This document shows, one piece after another, positions 1 to 10,417 of a stretch of DNA of 64,000 bases. A program made the translations under genes and the position numbers. Below the pieces are notes generated by a model. The model was not told where the DNA came from and did no database searches. It saw only the letters and a list, made by a program, of their open reading frames with translations. The stretch is taken from assembly GCF_010671925.1 (NCBI RefSeq), contig NZ_JAAHIH010000001.1, forward strand, positions 549,053-613,052, written 5' to 3'. How positions within the stretch are numbered: position 1 is the stretch's first letter; each line of letters begins with the position of its first letter. The stretch is from Moorena sp. SIOASIH. Lineage in GTDB: Bacteria > Cyanobacteriota > Cyanobacteriia > Cyanobacteriales > Coleofasciculaceae.

Positions 1-64
1 AGCTATCCCCATGATAGCATTTTGGTAGACATCGAAAACAGCTTTTGCATCTGATACTTGGTAG

Positions 65-433
65 TTACGGATTAACATTTTTTTCTCGGATATCCCGATT
101 CCCGATTCCCGATTCCCGATTCCCGATTCCCGATTCCCATTTAGCCAAGGGTATCCAAGCAGCATCAGGGGAAAAACTTGCACCATTAGGCAGTGTAAAT
201 CCGCCCGATGAATCAAAGGTTATTCCTAATTGAGTTTGCCTATTCCATAAGTTTAACTCAAAATTAATATCTGAATTCCGCTTACTCGTTTCCCCTCCTG
301 TGGGTGGCATAATAATTAAGCCTCCTTTAGCAGTACGTTCTAATTTTAAATCACGGTTAGCGGCACAAAGTTGATAAAATTGCTCATTGGTGATTGGGGT
401 ATTTGGTGGATTGTTTAAAATTAATGGATTCAT
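65..433 (-). pseudogene. Uma2-family (DUF820) restriction-endonuclease-like protein, N-terminal half only. The ORF runs into a TCCCGAT heptamer tract and loses the C-terminal half.
   Basis: Translation matches the N-terminal core of Uma2-family proteins (…GGLIIMPPTGGETS…LGITFDSSGGFTLPNGASFSPDAAWI…). The C-terminal residues (ESGIGNRESGIGNR) are the heptamer repeat translated. A full Uma2 protein is ~190 aa. Confidence 0.5.
93..139. repeat. STRR-like heptamer tandem repeat (TCCCGAT)n
   Basis: Six to seven perfect TCCCGAT units, directly visible. Confidence 0.9.
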
Positions 434-558
434 GTTTAATTTCCTTGATTATTCTGACGATTGTTGCCACAATTTTCAATGTTTACAGCGTTTTTCATAA
501 CTATCAGGTACACAATATTTTTCCCGTTGCTTAATCATGGAATAATTTTAAGAGTGAG

Positions 559-700
559 GTGGAATGGGCATCTTGGTGGAACTGGCATCTTGGTGGAATG
601 GGCATCTTGCGTGGAACTGGCATCTTGCCAGTTTCAATATATTTTCGGGCGGGCAGGATGCCCACTCTACTCCTATTCATTCCAAGACTGACGCAACCCC
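559..700. repeat. Dispersed repeat module: 17-18-bp tandem array (GTAGAACTGGCATCTTG-like, 4 units) plus a ~60-bp conserved spacer. A second, inverted copy lies at 57925..58090.
   Basis: Tandem units are visible by eye. The spacer 632..690 is the reverse complement of 57928..57975 with one mismatch. Confidence 0.8.
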
Positions 701-705
701 GGATT

Positions 706-790
706 TTTCCCTGTTCCCTGTTCCCTATTCCCTATTCCCTATTCCCTGTTCCCTACTCCCTACTCCCTACTCCCTACTCCCTACTCCCTT
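706..790. repeat. STRR-like heptamer tandem repeats (TTCCCTG / TTCCCTA / CTCCCTA variants, ~12 units)
   Basis: Directly visible. Confidence 0.9.
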
Positions 791-1660
791 TCAATTTAAC
801 TTATACCGAGCAGTCCACAGTATTTTCCTGAAAAATGGAATATCTTTCAAAACTCTCAGCAAACCGAGTTTCTTTTCTGGTTCATCAAGATAAAACCAAT
901 CATCAAGGAATTCAATACCTGGATTCCAACTATCCAAGTCTTTACTATCTTTAATTCCAAACTTGAACGTAGCATCTTTTCCAAACTTAAAATCCCGTTG
1001 TAATTTTCTGTTGATGATTGCTCGCAGGGGCTGCTTTAACCAAGCCGCATTGAAAAATTCAGCAATAAGTTCACAGCCAGGAAACGTTGATTGCAGTTTC
1101 AAGACTAATGATTTTACCTCCTCTTCTTTAAGGTACATAAACACGCCTTCTGCCATCAAGAGTACTGAATCAGGGTTCAACTGTGTTATTGCTTCCATCC
1201 ATTCATAATTCAAGACCGAAGACGGAATAAAACGATAGCGGTCAGTTTCTGGCAACAGTTTCCGTTTAACCGCTATCACCTCTGGTAAATCAAGGTCATA
1301 GAAGATAACTTTACCGTTATCGATCCGGTGGAAACGAGTATCCAAGCCACAACCAATATTAACCACAATTCCGTTATGCGATCGCTCCAGGAAATTTCTG
1401 GTATAATCATCATAGCGTTTGGCGCGCATAGCCACATGAACCACCAATTTTTTTTCTAACTTGCCCTTAGCTAAGCTTTGATAAAGCTTGTTATCTGACT
1501 GGGACAATTCAGGATTTAATTTATCAGTGATTTCAACAGCTAATGGATCATCTAAAATTGGGTCTTTTGACTGGCTTTCTAGGGCATGGCAATACAAGGT
1601 CATTAGGGATGTTGCTGCTACATCACTGATTTGAGTATTGAGTAATTTTTGAATTTCCAT
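791..1660 (-). CDS. Class I SAM-dependent methyltransferase (leucine-carboxyl / TcmP-like O-methyltransferase family)
   Basis: 289-aa ORF with a Rossmann-like methyltransferase fold (VVNIGCGLDTRFHRI, DLDLPEVI) and family-typical length. Confidence 0.6.
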   Translation of the reverse strand: MEIQKLLNTQISDVAATSLMTLYCHALESQSKDPILDDPLAVEITDKLNPELSQSDNKLYQSLAKGKLEKKLVVHVAMRAKRYDDYTRNFLERSHNGIVVNIGCGLDTRFHRIDNGKVIFYDLDLPEVIAVKRKLLPETDRYRFIPSSVLNYEWMEAITQLNPDSVLLMAEGVFMYLKEEEVKSLVLKLQSTFPGCELIAEFFNAAWLKQPLRAIINRKLQRDFKFGKDATFKFGIKDSKDLDSWNPGIEFLDDWFYLDEPEKKLGLLRVLKDIPFFRKILWTARYKLN

Positions 1661-1838
1661 ATAATTTATCAGCTAATGTTAATTTTTAACAACCAGCAGT
1701 GGTTATAAGACTGCAAGCTTCGGATTGATCCGGTGGGTGTAACGAGCATCTTGCCCGTTACAATCGGACGGACTTTCCCAAAACTGGCTACCAAGAAAAT
1801 CAGGGCGAGCCCGTCCCTAAAGCACCACTAGCAACACT

Positions 1839-1907
1839 GTTCCCTGTTCCCTGTTCCCTGTTCCCTATTCCCTATTCCCTACTCCCTACTCCCTACTCCC
1901 TATTCCC
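1839..1907. repeat. STRR-like heptamer repeats (GTTCCCT/ATTCCCT/ACTCCCT)
   Basis: Directly visible. Confidence 0.9.
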
Positions 1908-1958
1908 GACTTCTGAAAGAAGTGTAAGCTGTTTTGAGGGCGTATATACCAATCTACT

Positions 1959-3194
1959 ATGGCAACCATTAACCATAACTACCTCAAACTCAAAGCTGGC
2001 TACCTATTTCCCGAAATTGCGCGACGGGTCAATACTTTCGCAGAAGCCAATCCCGATGCTAAGCTAATCAAGCTGGGGATTGGTGATGTTACCGAACCAC
2101 TACCAGCCGCCTGCCGCACCGCCATAATCAAAGCCGTTGAAGAAATGGGCGATCGCGCCACCTTCAAAGGTTATGGTCCAGAGCAAGGCTACCCTTGGTT
2201 AAGGGAAAAAATTGCTAGCCACGATTTCCAAAGCCGGGGGTGTGACATTGAGGCTGGGGAAATTTTCATCTCCGATGGCTCCAAGTGCGACACTGGCAAC
2301 ATTCTCGACATCTTCGGCAACGATAACAAGATTGCCGTTACTGACCCAGTTTATCCCGTCTATGTAGACACCAACGTCATGGCTGGTCATACCGGGGATG
2401 CTAATGATGCTGGTAAGTATGAGGGTTTGGTTTATCTACCGATTACCGCCGAAAACAACTTCACCGCTGAGATTCCCTCCGAGAAGGTTGATTTAATTTA
2501 CCTGTGCTTCCCCAATAACCCTACCGGAGCAACCGCTACCAAAGACTACCTCAAAACCTGGGTAGACTATGCCAAAGCTAATGGCTCGGTCATTTTCTTT
2601 GATGCAGCCTACGAAGCCTTTATCACTGACCCAGACCTACCCCACTCCATCTACGAGATTGACGGAGCAAGGGATTGTGCCATTGAATTCCGCTCTTTTT
2701 CCAAAAATGCGGGCTTTACCGGCACCCGCTGTGCATTAACAGTAGTACCCAAAACCCTAACAGCCAAAGCATCGGATGGTTCAGATGTAGAACTGTGGCC
2801 ACTTTGGAACCGCCGCCATTGTACTAAGTTTAATGGGGTTTCCTATATTGTACAACGAGGCGCTGAAGCCGTTTATTCTGAAGAAGGCCAAGAGCAAGTT
2901 AAAGCACTAGTTGACTTCTATCTGGAAAATGCCAAGATTATTTGCGATCAACTAACAGCCGCTGGATTAACAGTATATGGTGGCGTAAATGCCCCTTACG
3001 TTTGGGTCAAAACACCTAATGGTCTATCCAGTTGGGATTTCTTTGATAAATTACTCAACACTGCCAATGTAGTCGGAACCCCTGGTTCTGGATTTGGTGC
3101 TGCAGGAGAAGGCTATTTCCGCATTTCCGCATTTAATAGTCGGGAAAATGTAGACGAAGCGATGCAGCGGATTACCGATAAATTCAAAGTGTAG
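1959..3194 (+). CDS. dapL: LL-diaminopimelate aminotransferase
   Basis: 411 aa. The N-terminus ([24 protein letters not shown]…[12 protein letters not shown]) and overall PLP class-I aminotransferase features are typical of cyanobacterial DapL. Confidence 0.85.
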   Translation: MATINHNYLKLKAGYLFPEIARRVNTFAEANPDAKLIKLGIGDVTEPLPAACRTAIIKAVEEMGDRATFKGYGPEQGYPWLREKIASHDFQSRGCDIEAGEIFISDGSKCDTGNILDIFGNDNKIAVTDPVYPVYVDTNVMAGHTGDANDAGKYEGLVYLPITAENNFTAEIPSEKVDLIYLCFPNNPTGATATKDYLKTWVDYAKANGSVIFFDAAYEAFITDPDLPHSIYEIDGARDCAIEFRSFSKNAGFTGTRCALTVVPKTLTAKASDGSDVELWPLWNRRHCTKFNGVSYIVQRGAEAVYSEEGQEQVKALVDFYLENAKIICDQLTAAGLTVYGGVNAPYVWVKTPNGLSSWDFFDKLLNTANVVGTPGSGFGAAGEGYFRISAFNSRENVDEAMQRITDKFKV

Positions 3195-3207
3195 TTTTAG
3201 GGTAAAG

Positions 3208-3419
3208 GTAAGCATTCAGCTATCAGCTATCAGCTTTCAGCTATCAGCTTTCAGCTATCAGCTTTCAGCTTTCAGCTATCAGCTTTCAGCTTTCAGTCAT
3301 CAGTTTATGCGCTACGCGCACGCTACCCGAACAGCTTTTGAATAAAATAAGCTGACCGCTGACTACTGACTACTGACTACTTACGGCTGACCGCTGACCG
3401 CTGACCGCTGACTGCTTAA
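3208..3419. mobile_element. MITE-like palindromic element. It starts with GTAAGCATTCAGC, has (CAGCTAT/CAGCTTT)n at the 5' end and (GACTACT)/(GCTGACC)n at the 3' end, and its internal core is shared with the other copies.
   Basis: The 13-bp terminus is identical to the TIR of copies at 12578, 29837 and 61578. It contains the internal motifs TGCGCTACGCGCACGCTAC and TTTTGAATAAAATAAGCTGAC. The 3' terminus is degenerate (GCTGACTGCTTAA). Confidence 0.6.
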
Positions 3420-3436
3420 AAATAAGGATAGAAATT

Positions 3437-3793
3437 ATGTCAATCAAAGTCTACGGTATCCCCAACTGCGGAACCTGCAAAAAAGCATTTAAATGGCTGG
3501 AAGATAACAGTATTGAGTATGATTTTATTAACACTAAAGAGCATCCACCAACTGCAGAGATGATTAGCAGCTGGGTGGATGCGTTGAGCTCTAAACCCAT
3601 GCGTAATACTTCTGGGAAATCCTATCGTGAAATAGGTGAAGAAAAAAAGACTTGGACCGATGAGCAGTGGGTTGAAGCCTTTGCCAAAGATGCGATGCTG
3701 CTGAAACGACCCCTATTTGTGAAGGATGGCACAGCGGTATTGGTAGGGTTTAGGGCAAATGAAGAGACGATACGAGAAAAATTGGGACTATAG
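3437..3793 (+). CDS. ArsC/Spx/YffB-family protein (arsenate-reductase-like thioredoxin fold)
   Basis: 118 aa with the N-terminal motif VYGIPNCGTCKKA and family-typical size. Confidence 0.75.
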   Translation: MSIKVYGIPNCGTCKKAFKWLEDNSIEYDFINTKEHPPTAEMISSWVDALSSKPMRNTSGKSYREIGEEKKTWTDEQWVEAFAKDAMLLKRPLFVKDGTAVLVGFRANEETIREKLGL

Positions 3794-3827
3794 CATTTTT
3801 ATATAAGTTGTGAACACAGGATTGATG

Positions 3828-3887
3828 GGAACAGGGAACAGGGAACAGGGAACAGGGAGCAGGGAGCAGGGAGCAGGGAGCAGGGAA
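3828..3887. repeat. STRR-like heptamer repeats (GGGAACA/GGGAGCA)
   Basis: Directly visible. Confidence 0.9.
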
Positions 3888-4072
3888 CTTCGGATCAGTA
3901 ACAGAGATTAAACTAATGCTTACCTATTTTCTTAAAAAGCTGACAGCTGACCGCTGATAGCTGTTCGCTTAGCGTGCGCGTAGCGGATATGCTTACAAAT
4001 TATCAAACTATCAAAGCGATAAAAATTTTATTTTAGGATAACAGGTACTCAAAAGCAGTCAATTTTCTTACC

Positions 4073-4163
4073 CCTACTCCCTACTCCCTACTCCCTACTC
4101 CCTACTCCCTACTCCCTACTCCCTACTCCCTACTCCCTACTCCCTACTCCCTACTCCCTACTA
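4073..4163. repeat. STRR-like heptamer repeat (CTCCCTA) x13
   Basis: Thirteen perfect units immediately upstream of the 4200 ORF. Confidence 0.95.
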
Positions 4164-4199
4164 TAGAATAAACAACATTGCAAACTATCGAGCCCAAGG

Positions 4200-5741
4200 A
4201 TGAGTAAAGAAACAGATATAGTTGTAATTGGCAGTGGGATTGGTGGTTTATGCTGCGCCTCTCTTCTAGCTCGCTACGGTTTTAACGTCACAGTCTGCGA
4301 GAGCCACTCAATCCCTGGTGGTGCTGCTCACGCTTTTGAGCGCAATGGATTCAAGTTTGACTCCGGTCCGTCTCTTTACTCAGGTTTGTCTTATAGCCCT
4401 TCTTCCAATCCTCTGCGACAACTGCTAGATGCCATCGGTGAGGATTTATCTTGGGAAACCTACAATACATGGGGTTGCCGTTTGCCTGAAGGTGACTTTG
4501 ACACATCGGTTGGTGCGGATCAGTTTTGTGAGGTTCTAGCCAGGCTTCGTGGTAACGATGCTGTAACCGAATGGCGTGAGCTTCAGCGCGTCATGGAACC
4601 CCTAGCTAAGGCTGCGATCGCAATTCCCCTCACTGCCATCCGTTTTGATCTTGGCGCAGTAGTCACCCTCAGCCGATTTGCCCCCTCTTTCTTACGCTAT
4701 GCTGGGGATTCTATCAAGCTCAGAGGACCCTTTAGCCAGATTATGGACGGTGTTCTCAAAGACAACTTTAGCCGTAATTGGCTGGAGTTGCTTTGTTTTC
4801 TATTATCCGGACTACCAGCGGATGGAACCATTGCGGCAGAGATGGCCTTTATGTTTGCCGAATGGTATCGACCAGGAGTAGTGCTAGACTATCCCATTGG
4901 TGGTAGTGGTGCCTTAGTTGATGCCCTAGTGCGGGGATTAGAAAAACATGGCGGTCAGTTGATAGTTAATGCTCATGTTGAAGAAGTGATAGTTGAGCAC
5001 AACCGTGCCGTAGGAGTGCGTCTGCGGGGCAGCAAAGAAATCCGAGCCCGTAAAGCAGTAGTGTCTAATATCTCAGTATGGGATACCCTCAAACTTCTTC
5101 CAGATTCAGCAATACCAAAATCCTATCGAGCCAAGAGAAACGCCACCCCTGAGTGTGATAGCTTCATGCATCTCCACTTAGGCATTGATGCTGAAGGACT
5201 AGAAAAAGACCTAGCCTGCCACTACATTATCGTTAATGACTGGGAAAAGGGTGTTACCGCTCCTCAAAATATAGTAGTGCTATCGATTCCATCCCTTCTA
5301 GACCCATCCCTAGCACCACCAGGAAAACACGTGATTCACGTTTATACTCCAGGTAACGAACCCTATCAACTCTGGCAAGGCATGAGTCGTAGCAGTGAAG
5401 CCTATGCACAACAAAAGCAGGTGCGTGCAGAAATCATGTGGAAAGGATTGGAGCGCATCATTCCAGACATTCGTTCCCGTTGTGAAGTCACTCTAGTCGG
5501 TACACCACTGACCCACGAACGCTTTCTGCGCCGCCACCGAGGTTCCTACGGTCCAGCAATTCGAGCAGGAGTTGGCATCTTTCCTGGTCCTGGCACACCC
5601 CTACCTGGACTAATGTGCTGTGGAGACTCAACCTTTCCCGGTATTGGTTTACCAGCAGTTGCAGCCAGCGGGATGATTACCGCCAATACCCTTGTACCGG
5701 TTTCAAAGCATTTGGAAATGCTGAAAACGATTGGGTTATAG
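4200..5741 (+). CDS. NAD(P)/FAD-dependent oxidoreductase, phytoene-desaturase (CrtI/CrtD)-like family
   Basis: 513 aa. The N-terminal dinucleotide-binding motif is DIVVIGSGIGGLCCASLLA…E-x-GG; size and architecture match amine-oxidase/desaturase-family flavoproteins. Confidence 0.65.
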   Translation: MSKETDIVVIGSGIGGLCCASLLARYGFNVTVCESHSIPGGAAHAFERNGFKFDSGPSLYSGLSYSPSSNPLRQLLDAIGEDLSWETYNTWGCRLPEGDFDTSVGADQFCEVLARLRGNDAVTEWRELQRVMEPLAKAAIAIPLTAIRFDLGAVVTLSRFAPSFLRYAGDSIKLRGPFSQIMDGVLKDNFSRNWLELLCFLLSGLPADGTIAAEMAFMFAEWYRPGVVLDYPIGGSGALVDALVRGLEKHGGQLIVNAHVEEVIVEHNRAVGVRLRGSKEIRARKAVVSNISVWDTLKLLPDSAIPKSYRAKRNATPECDSFMHLHLGIDAEGLEKDLACHYIIVNDWEKGVTAPQNIVVLSIPSLLDPSLAPPGKHVIHVYTPGNEPYQLWQGMSRSSEAYAQQKQVRAEIMWKGLERIIPDIRSRCEVTLVGTPLTHERFLRRHRGSYGPAIRAGVGIFPGPGTPLPGLMCCGDSTFPGIGLPAVAASGMITANTLVPVSKHLEMLKTIGL

Positions 5742-5903
5742 CATTTGAGTTTAAAGGGAGCAGGGAGCAGGGAGTAGGGAGCAGGGGGAAGAGTGTCAGG
5801 ATAGGGAGAAGAAGTAGTTGGGGAGAATTTGGTATCTTTAAATGCATTGTCTTGATGCAGCCGCTCATAGTGGAAACCACACCACTTGCTCCCCACCCTC
5901 CTC

Positions 5904-5975
5904 ACTCCCGACTCCCGATTCCCGATTCCCGACTCCCGACTCCCGACTCCCGACTCCCTACTCCCTACTCCCTGT
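5904..5975. repeat. STRR-like heptamer repeats (ACTCCCG/ATTCCCG/ACTCCCT)
   Basis: Directly visible. A related GGGAGCA tract lies at 5755..5795. Confidence 0.9.
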
Positions 5976-8900
5976 TCACGGATCACCAACTAGCAGGAAA
6001 GCAGCCCAATAATAGGGATGCGTAAAGCTTTGTTTTCCAAATCCTGACAATTCTGAGGATAAAGCAATTTTCTTGCCAGAGCTATATAAGTGATCATTCT
6101 CGATCCGGACATTGCCTCGAATCATTGCCAACTGTGCCTGTCGCAAGGCTTCAGTTTTACTCGGTGTCTTGTTCAACTGACGGTAAAACTCTGTAGTCAG
6201 CCCCATAGCCCCTTGGTCACTGACAGACCAAAGGGTTGCTAGAGTGGAGTCAACCCCTGCCTGAAACGCTGATCCAGCAAAACCTAACTCTGCTTCCCGA
6301 TTTCCCAAAGCCGTTTGGCAAGCGCTGAGTACCAACAACTCTACTGATGGCTCATAAAACAGATTTTCCAGTTCATCGAGCCCCAGTTTTTTGTCCCACA
6401 TTTGAATATAAGAATTTTCAGGAGCTCCTCGATTAAACTGAGCATGGGTAGCTAAGTGAATGATGCCAAATTTCCGCTTTTTTCGTTGAGCCTTTAAATT
6501 TTCCAGAGTGAAGCTTTCGTTGAGAAAATAGTTACCTTCCCACAGTTTTTTGTCGATAATTGTTTCTAACTCGACTTTTACCCAAGGCAAATCCTCTTTA
6601 TCAGAAAATTGGGAGGCTCCCATCGCCAGCAGTCGCAAGGATTGAACATTGCTAAACCGAGAATAGGTCAAACTAAGGCTAGGCACCAGGCTGACACTAT
6701 AATTTTCTACTAGATAGTTCTTTTGATCGTGCAGAGCAGCCAGGGGTAGAGAGCGCAAACCCTGATCCATGGCAAATATCAGGCTCTCGATCTTATTAGC
6801 TTTTAACTCAGACTCCAACGGTCCGATCAGCCATTGGTAAAGTTGCTGAGCTGCTTTGAGATGATCCTTATCATCCAAGTTTCGGGGATTTATCAGTGTT
6901 CGATGAAAAGTCCTGGTCACAGCTAGGACTTCAGCACGATTGGCGTTATAGACTCGCCGCAGAATTGGATTACCGTCTGCTTTGATCAGCAACAGTTCTA
7001 GCTGGTCATCGCTTTGTTGTAAGCATTTTTCCGGTTCTGAAGGTAGATCAGAGGTTCGGTAACCAAATCGTCGGTCAATTTCGGCTGCTGGGATTGCCGG
7101 AGTTTGGCATCGCGTTCCTGGCAATGTCAGGGAGTTTTGGACAAAACTGACATAAATAACCCCAGTCTTGAGACCCTTCTCCCGCTCAAGCTCACGAATG
7201 CGATCGCGCACATCATTCTGAGTATAAATTTTGGTCTTGAGCTGTCGCAGAAAGTATGCCTGATATTCTTCTGTGAAGGCTTTTTCTATGCCATACACTA
7301 GGTCACTTTTAACGGTCGCCTCTAGTGTGATTGGTTGCTCTACCGGTGGTGGAACCTCTGGTGGTGTTATTGATGAGTTATCCGGTGTGGGGATTGTTGA
7401 GTCTACCTGTGGTGAAACTGCTACATCCTTCTGTACTACAACCGTTACATAATCTGGCGCTAGGACTGTAACATCATCCGGTGGTGTAACCGTTGAGTCA
7501 TCGGGTGGTAGGACTGTAACATCATCTGGTGGTGTAGCTGTGCCATCATCCGGTGGTGTAACTGTGCCATCATCCGGTGGTGTAACTGTGCCATCATCCG
7601 GTGGTGTAACTGTGCCATCATCCGGTGGTAGGACTGTAACATCATCCGGTGGTGTGACTGTGCCATCATCCGGTGGTGTGACTGTGCCATCATCCGGTGG
7701 TGTAACTGTGCCATCATCCGGTGGTGTAACTGTGCCATCATCTGGTGGTGTGACTGTGCCATCATCCGGTGGTGTAACCGTTGAGTCATCCGGTGGTAGG
7801 ACTGTTACATCATCTGGTGGTGTAACTGTGCCATCATCCGGTGGTGTAACCGTTGAGTCATCCGGTGGTGTAACCGTTGAGTCATCCGGTGGTGTAACCG
7901 TTGAGTCATCCGGTGGTGTAACCGTTGAGTCATCCGGTGGTGTAACCGTTGAGTCATCCGGTGGTGTAACCGTTGAGTCATCCGGTGGTGTGACTGTGCC
8001 ATCATCCGGTGGTGTGACTGTGCCATCATCCGGTGGTGTGACTGTGCCATCATCCGGTGGTGTACCTGTGCCATCATCCGTTGGATCTCCCGGATTAATA
8101 CTAATCTCTCCTCCTGTACCTTGGATAGCATCTAACCGTGAGTTAGATGCTATTTGTGCTCGTATTGCTTCTACATCAGTTTCGCTAGTAATGTCAGGAG
8201 CGAAGACTATGATATCACCACCATTCCCACTCCTCTGAGCTTGTGTGTTGATATCAATATCATCAAAGTTAACATTGTTTGAATCTGGAACATTAAAGGT
8301 TATGTTACCAGAATCACCACCGTTTGATGCCTCGGTAATAATTCTGAGAGTCTCACCATTTACCTGAATGCTTCCCTCTGCAGTTTCCAAGGTTACATCA
8401 CCAGAATTACTACCCCCTGTTTCTGTCGTCCTGATCGTGGTAATAATCAAACCATCATTATTACGGAATATAATGTCATCTTGAGCTGATAAGATTACAG
8501 GTCCAGCATCACCCTGATCAGAACTCGTGTCGATATTACCAATAGTGATACTCCCTTCAGATGAATTCTCTTCGAGATTAGAGAATTCTGTTCCCTCTAC
8601 GGTGACTGATTGATTAGGATCAAGATTAACTGGATTACTCAATTGATCCTCACTCAAACCTGCTCGCAAAATCAGAGAGCGGCGTTGGGTCAAATTCTCA
8701 AAATCTGGATCTGAAGTGGGAATCGAGCCAGTGGTATCTGGCTGTGTGATCTCGATATTTCCCCCCTCAATACTTCCGGTAGACTCTACTTTCAGAGAAG
8801 CTCCTGTATAATCCCCAAAGATGACATCGCCTCTAGAGATAATAATCGGGTCATAGAAGCTCAGAAAATTACCTGGTTTACCAGATAAATTCAGAATCGA

Positions 8901-10082
8901 GAAACTACCACCACTGGCAAAGTGAGCATCTCCGGAAATAATCCCATCACTAACTAAACTGAGATTACCGCCACTCTGAAAGGGTGTCTTGGGATGATTC
9001 AGTGCCAGAATATCAATGCCTAAATCCCCCTGAATGTAGAGGTCTCCTCCCGCTATAGCATTGAAGGGATTATCGAGTGTATCCCTTACCACCACTTTAT
9101 TCTGAGCCAGTAGGTTTAAGTCTTTTGTGGTAGACAGCTGGCTTTCTACTAGAGTCAGGTTATTCTTCGCGGATAGGGTTGCAGTCTCTGCGGTTACTTT
9201 TTTAGCAGCTACATCTCCAGACTCCAAAGTGATGCCTGAATCTTTCAAGGTCACAGTACCATCACCATTATCCTGGAATTCTGTGGCATGACCTACATCA
9301 GCGCCAGTTAAAAGTTCAGGCAATTGCACAGGTGTCAAAGATTGTTGGTCAGTGAGTAGGGGGTGAATTTCCAAATTGAGCAAGTGCCCCTCTTGGCTAA
9401 TTTTAACTAAACTTTCCCCTGGTACAGCAGCTACCGTAATTTTTCCCTCTTGTGCTGCCAGTTCTCCAGTACTGATCACAGTGCCACCCAGTAAGGTTAG
9501 GTTATTTCCTGGTGTCACCTCTAGCTGGCCCTGATTGATAATGGCTCCTGGTGTACCTAATGTCTCGAACCTAAACACACTAGGTGTTCCAATTAAAGAA
9601 AAGTAGTCGTTGCTACCAAAGGCACTAAACCAATTATTATCACCAAAGCCAATACCTGTAGCGGTGGTAGCGGTGAATGATCCTGGAATGTTCAGCTGGG
9701 AATCAGCACCAAAAATTATCCCCGCTGGATTCATTAAAAACAGGTTGGCGTTGCCCCCTGTGACTTGGATGAGACCGTTAATCAATGAAGCGTTGCCACC
9801 TGTAACCCGATTGAGAATGTTTTTTATACCGGGTTGAGACAAAAAATTAACAATTTGGTCTTGGTCTAAACCAAACTCCTGAAAGCTGTGAAATAGATTA
9901 GAGCCATCACCTGATCGAGTACCTCCGTCAATATCAAAGCGATTACCATCTTGGATAACTTCCGTGTCAGTAGTGCCATCGCTTTGAATCGGCTGTGCTA
10001 TTGTCGGTATAACCCAAAGAATTCCTGTCAACACATAGAGAACGCTCAGGGATTGACTAATTGGGCTCACAGCTAATTTCAT
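5976..10082 (-). CDS. Large secreted protein with four parts: signal peptide; TPS (filamentous haemagglutinin N-terminal, haemagg_act) domain; beta-helix-like G/N-rich region with a PPDDGTVT octapeptide array; C-terminal CHAT (caspase-like) protease domain
   Basis: The N-terminus [31 protein letters not shown] is a signal peptide. The TPS hallmark is …[31 protein letters not shown]… . About 36 octapeptide repeats follow. The C-terminus carries the CHAT His/Cys dyad context ([11 protein letters not shown]…[12 protein letters not shown]). Confidence 0.8.
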   Translation of the reverse strand: MKLAVSPISQSLSVLYVLTGILWVIPTIAQPIQSDGTTDTEVIQDGNRFDIDGGTRSGDGSNLFHSFQEFGLDQDQIVNFLSQPGIKNILNRVTGGNASLINGLIQVTGGNANLFLMNPAGIIFGADSQLNIPGSFTATTATGIGFGDNNWFSAFGSNDYFSLIGTPSVFRFETLGTPGAIINQGQLEVTPGNNLTLLGGTVISTGELAAQEGKITVAAVPGESLVKISQEGHLLNLEIHPLLTDQQSLTPVQLPELLTGADVGHATEFQDNGDGTVTLKDSGITLESGDVAAKKVTAETATLSAKNNLTLVESQLSTTKDLNLLAQNKVVVRDTLDNPFNAIAGGDLYIQGDLGIDILALNHPKTPFQSGGNLSLVSDGIISGDAHFASGGSFSILNLSGKPGNFLSFYDPIIISRGDVIFGDYTGASLKVESTGSIEGGNIEITQPDTTGSIPTSDPDFENLTQRRSLILRAGLSEDQLSNPVNLDPNQSVTVEGTEFSNLEENSSEGSITIGNIDTSSDQGDAGPVILSAQDDIIFRNNDGLIITTIRTTETGGSNSGDVTLETAEGSIQVNGETLRIITEASNGGDSGNITFNVPDSNNVNFDDIDINTQAQRSGNGGDIIVFAPDITSETDVEAIRAQIASNSRLDAIQGTGGEISINPGDPTDDGTGTPPDDGTVTPPDDGTVTPPDDGTVTPPDDSTVTPPDDSTVTPPDDSTVTPPDDSTVTPPDDSTVTPPDDSTVTPPDDGTVTPPDDVTVLPPDDSTVTPPDDGTVTPPDDGTVTPPDDGTVTPPDDGTVTPPDDGTVTPPDDVTVLPPDDGTVTPPDDGTVTPPDDGTVTPPDDGTATPPDDVTVLPPDDSTVTPPDDVTVLAPDYVTVVVQKDVAVSPQVDSTIPTPDNSSITPPEVPPPVEQPITLEATVKSDLVYGIEKAFTEEYQAYFLRQLKTKIYTQNDVRDRIRELEREKGLKTGVIYVSFVQNSLTLPGTRCQTPAIPAAEIDRRFGYRTSDLPSEPEKCLQQSDDQLELLLIKADGNPILRRVYNANRAEVLAVTRTFHRTLINPRNLDDKDHLKAAQQLYQWLIGPLESELKANKIESLIFAMDQGLRSLPLAALHDQKNYLVENYSVSLVPSLSLTYSRFSNVQSLRLLAMGASQFSDKEDLPWVKVELETIIDKKLWEGNYFLNESFTLENLKAQRKKRKFGIIHLATHAQFNRGAPENSYIQMWDKKLGLDELENLFYEPSVELLVLSACQTALGNREAELGFAGSAFQAGVDSTLATLWSVSDQGAMGLTTEFYRQLNKTPSKTEALRQAQLAMIRGNVRIENDHLYSSGKKIALSSELSGFGKQSFTHPYYWAAFLLVGDP
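7330..8090. repeat. 24-bp tandem repeat array (~36 copies; consensus CATCATCCGGTGGTGTAACTGTGC / …CGTTGAGT) inside the TPS-CHAT gene. It encodes (T-P-P-D-D-[GSV]-T-V)n.
   Basis: Directly visible. Copies differ at one or two positions (G/S/V). Neighbouring copies are identical in blocks, which suggests ongoing expansion and homogenisation. Confidence 0.95.
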
Positions 10083-10417
10083 TTGGCTTATTGGTAAAAT
10101 CTCGGTGATCTTAATCGGTTTTAATTTTAAATTTAAATTGCTAGATACTTAACCAACTTCATCGAATCTTTTATTATATAGTTAAATTTATTACTATCTT
10201 TAGAAATTAGGTTTTAGGTTAGTTAATATTTTCACATAATCCTGATTATCTTCATCAAATAAATACAAATAACACCTATAGTTAGTGGTAAAATCATCCT
10301 TCTAGTTTAACCGTGAAATAAATAATGTCAAATCTGGATTGATTTTTATAAATTTACCAAATCTTATCGATATCAAAACTCATCTATTATTGCTATAATT
10401 AATGCCAATATCAAAAA

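Noticed and set aside
559-893. ORFs at 559-831, 564-893, 5546-5989, 5615-6025 and 57872-58342 with repetitive peptides (WNWHLGG…, SRESGVGSRESG…, PLPIPDSP…)
   Set aside because: They consist entirely of 18-mer arrays or heptamer tracts and show no start or RBS context or domain content. They are repeat-driven open frames.
3208-3419. Possibility that the heptamer, 18-mer or MITE arrays are CRISPR arrays
   Set aside because: The units are 7, 17-18 or 24 bp, with no unique spacers of 30-40 bp between repeats and no cas genes. A 24-bp unit lies inside a coding region. They are not CRISPR.
7460-8238. Three ORFs (109, 232 and 108 aa) overlapping the TPS-CHAT gene, encoding [12 protein letters not shown] and [12 protein letters not shown] repeats
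   Set aside because: They are alternate-frame or antisense read-throughs of the 24-bp tandem repeat, which has no stops in several frames. The long minus-strand ORF with signal peptide, TPS and CHAT domains is the real gene.
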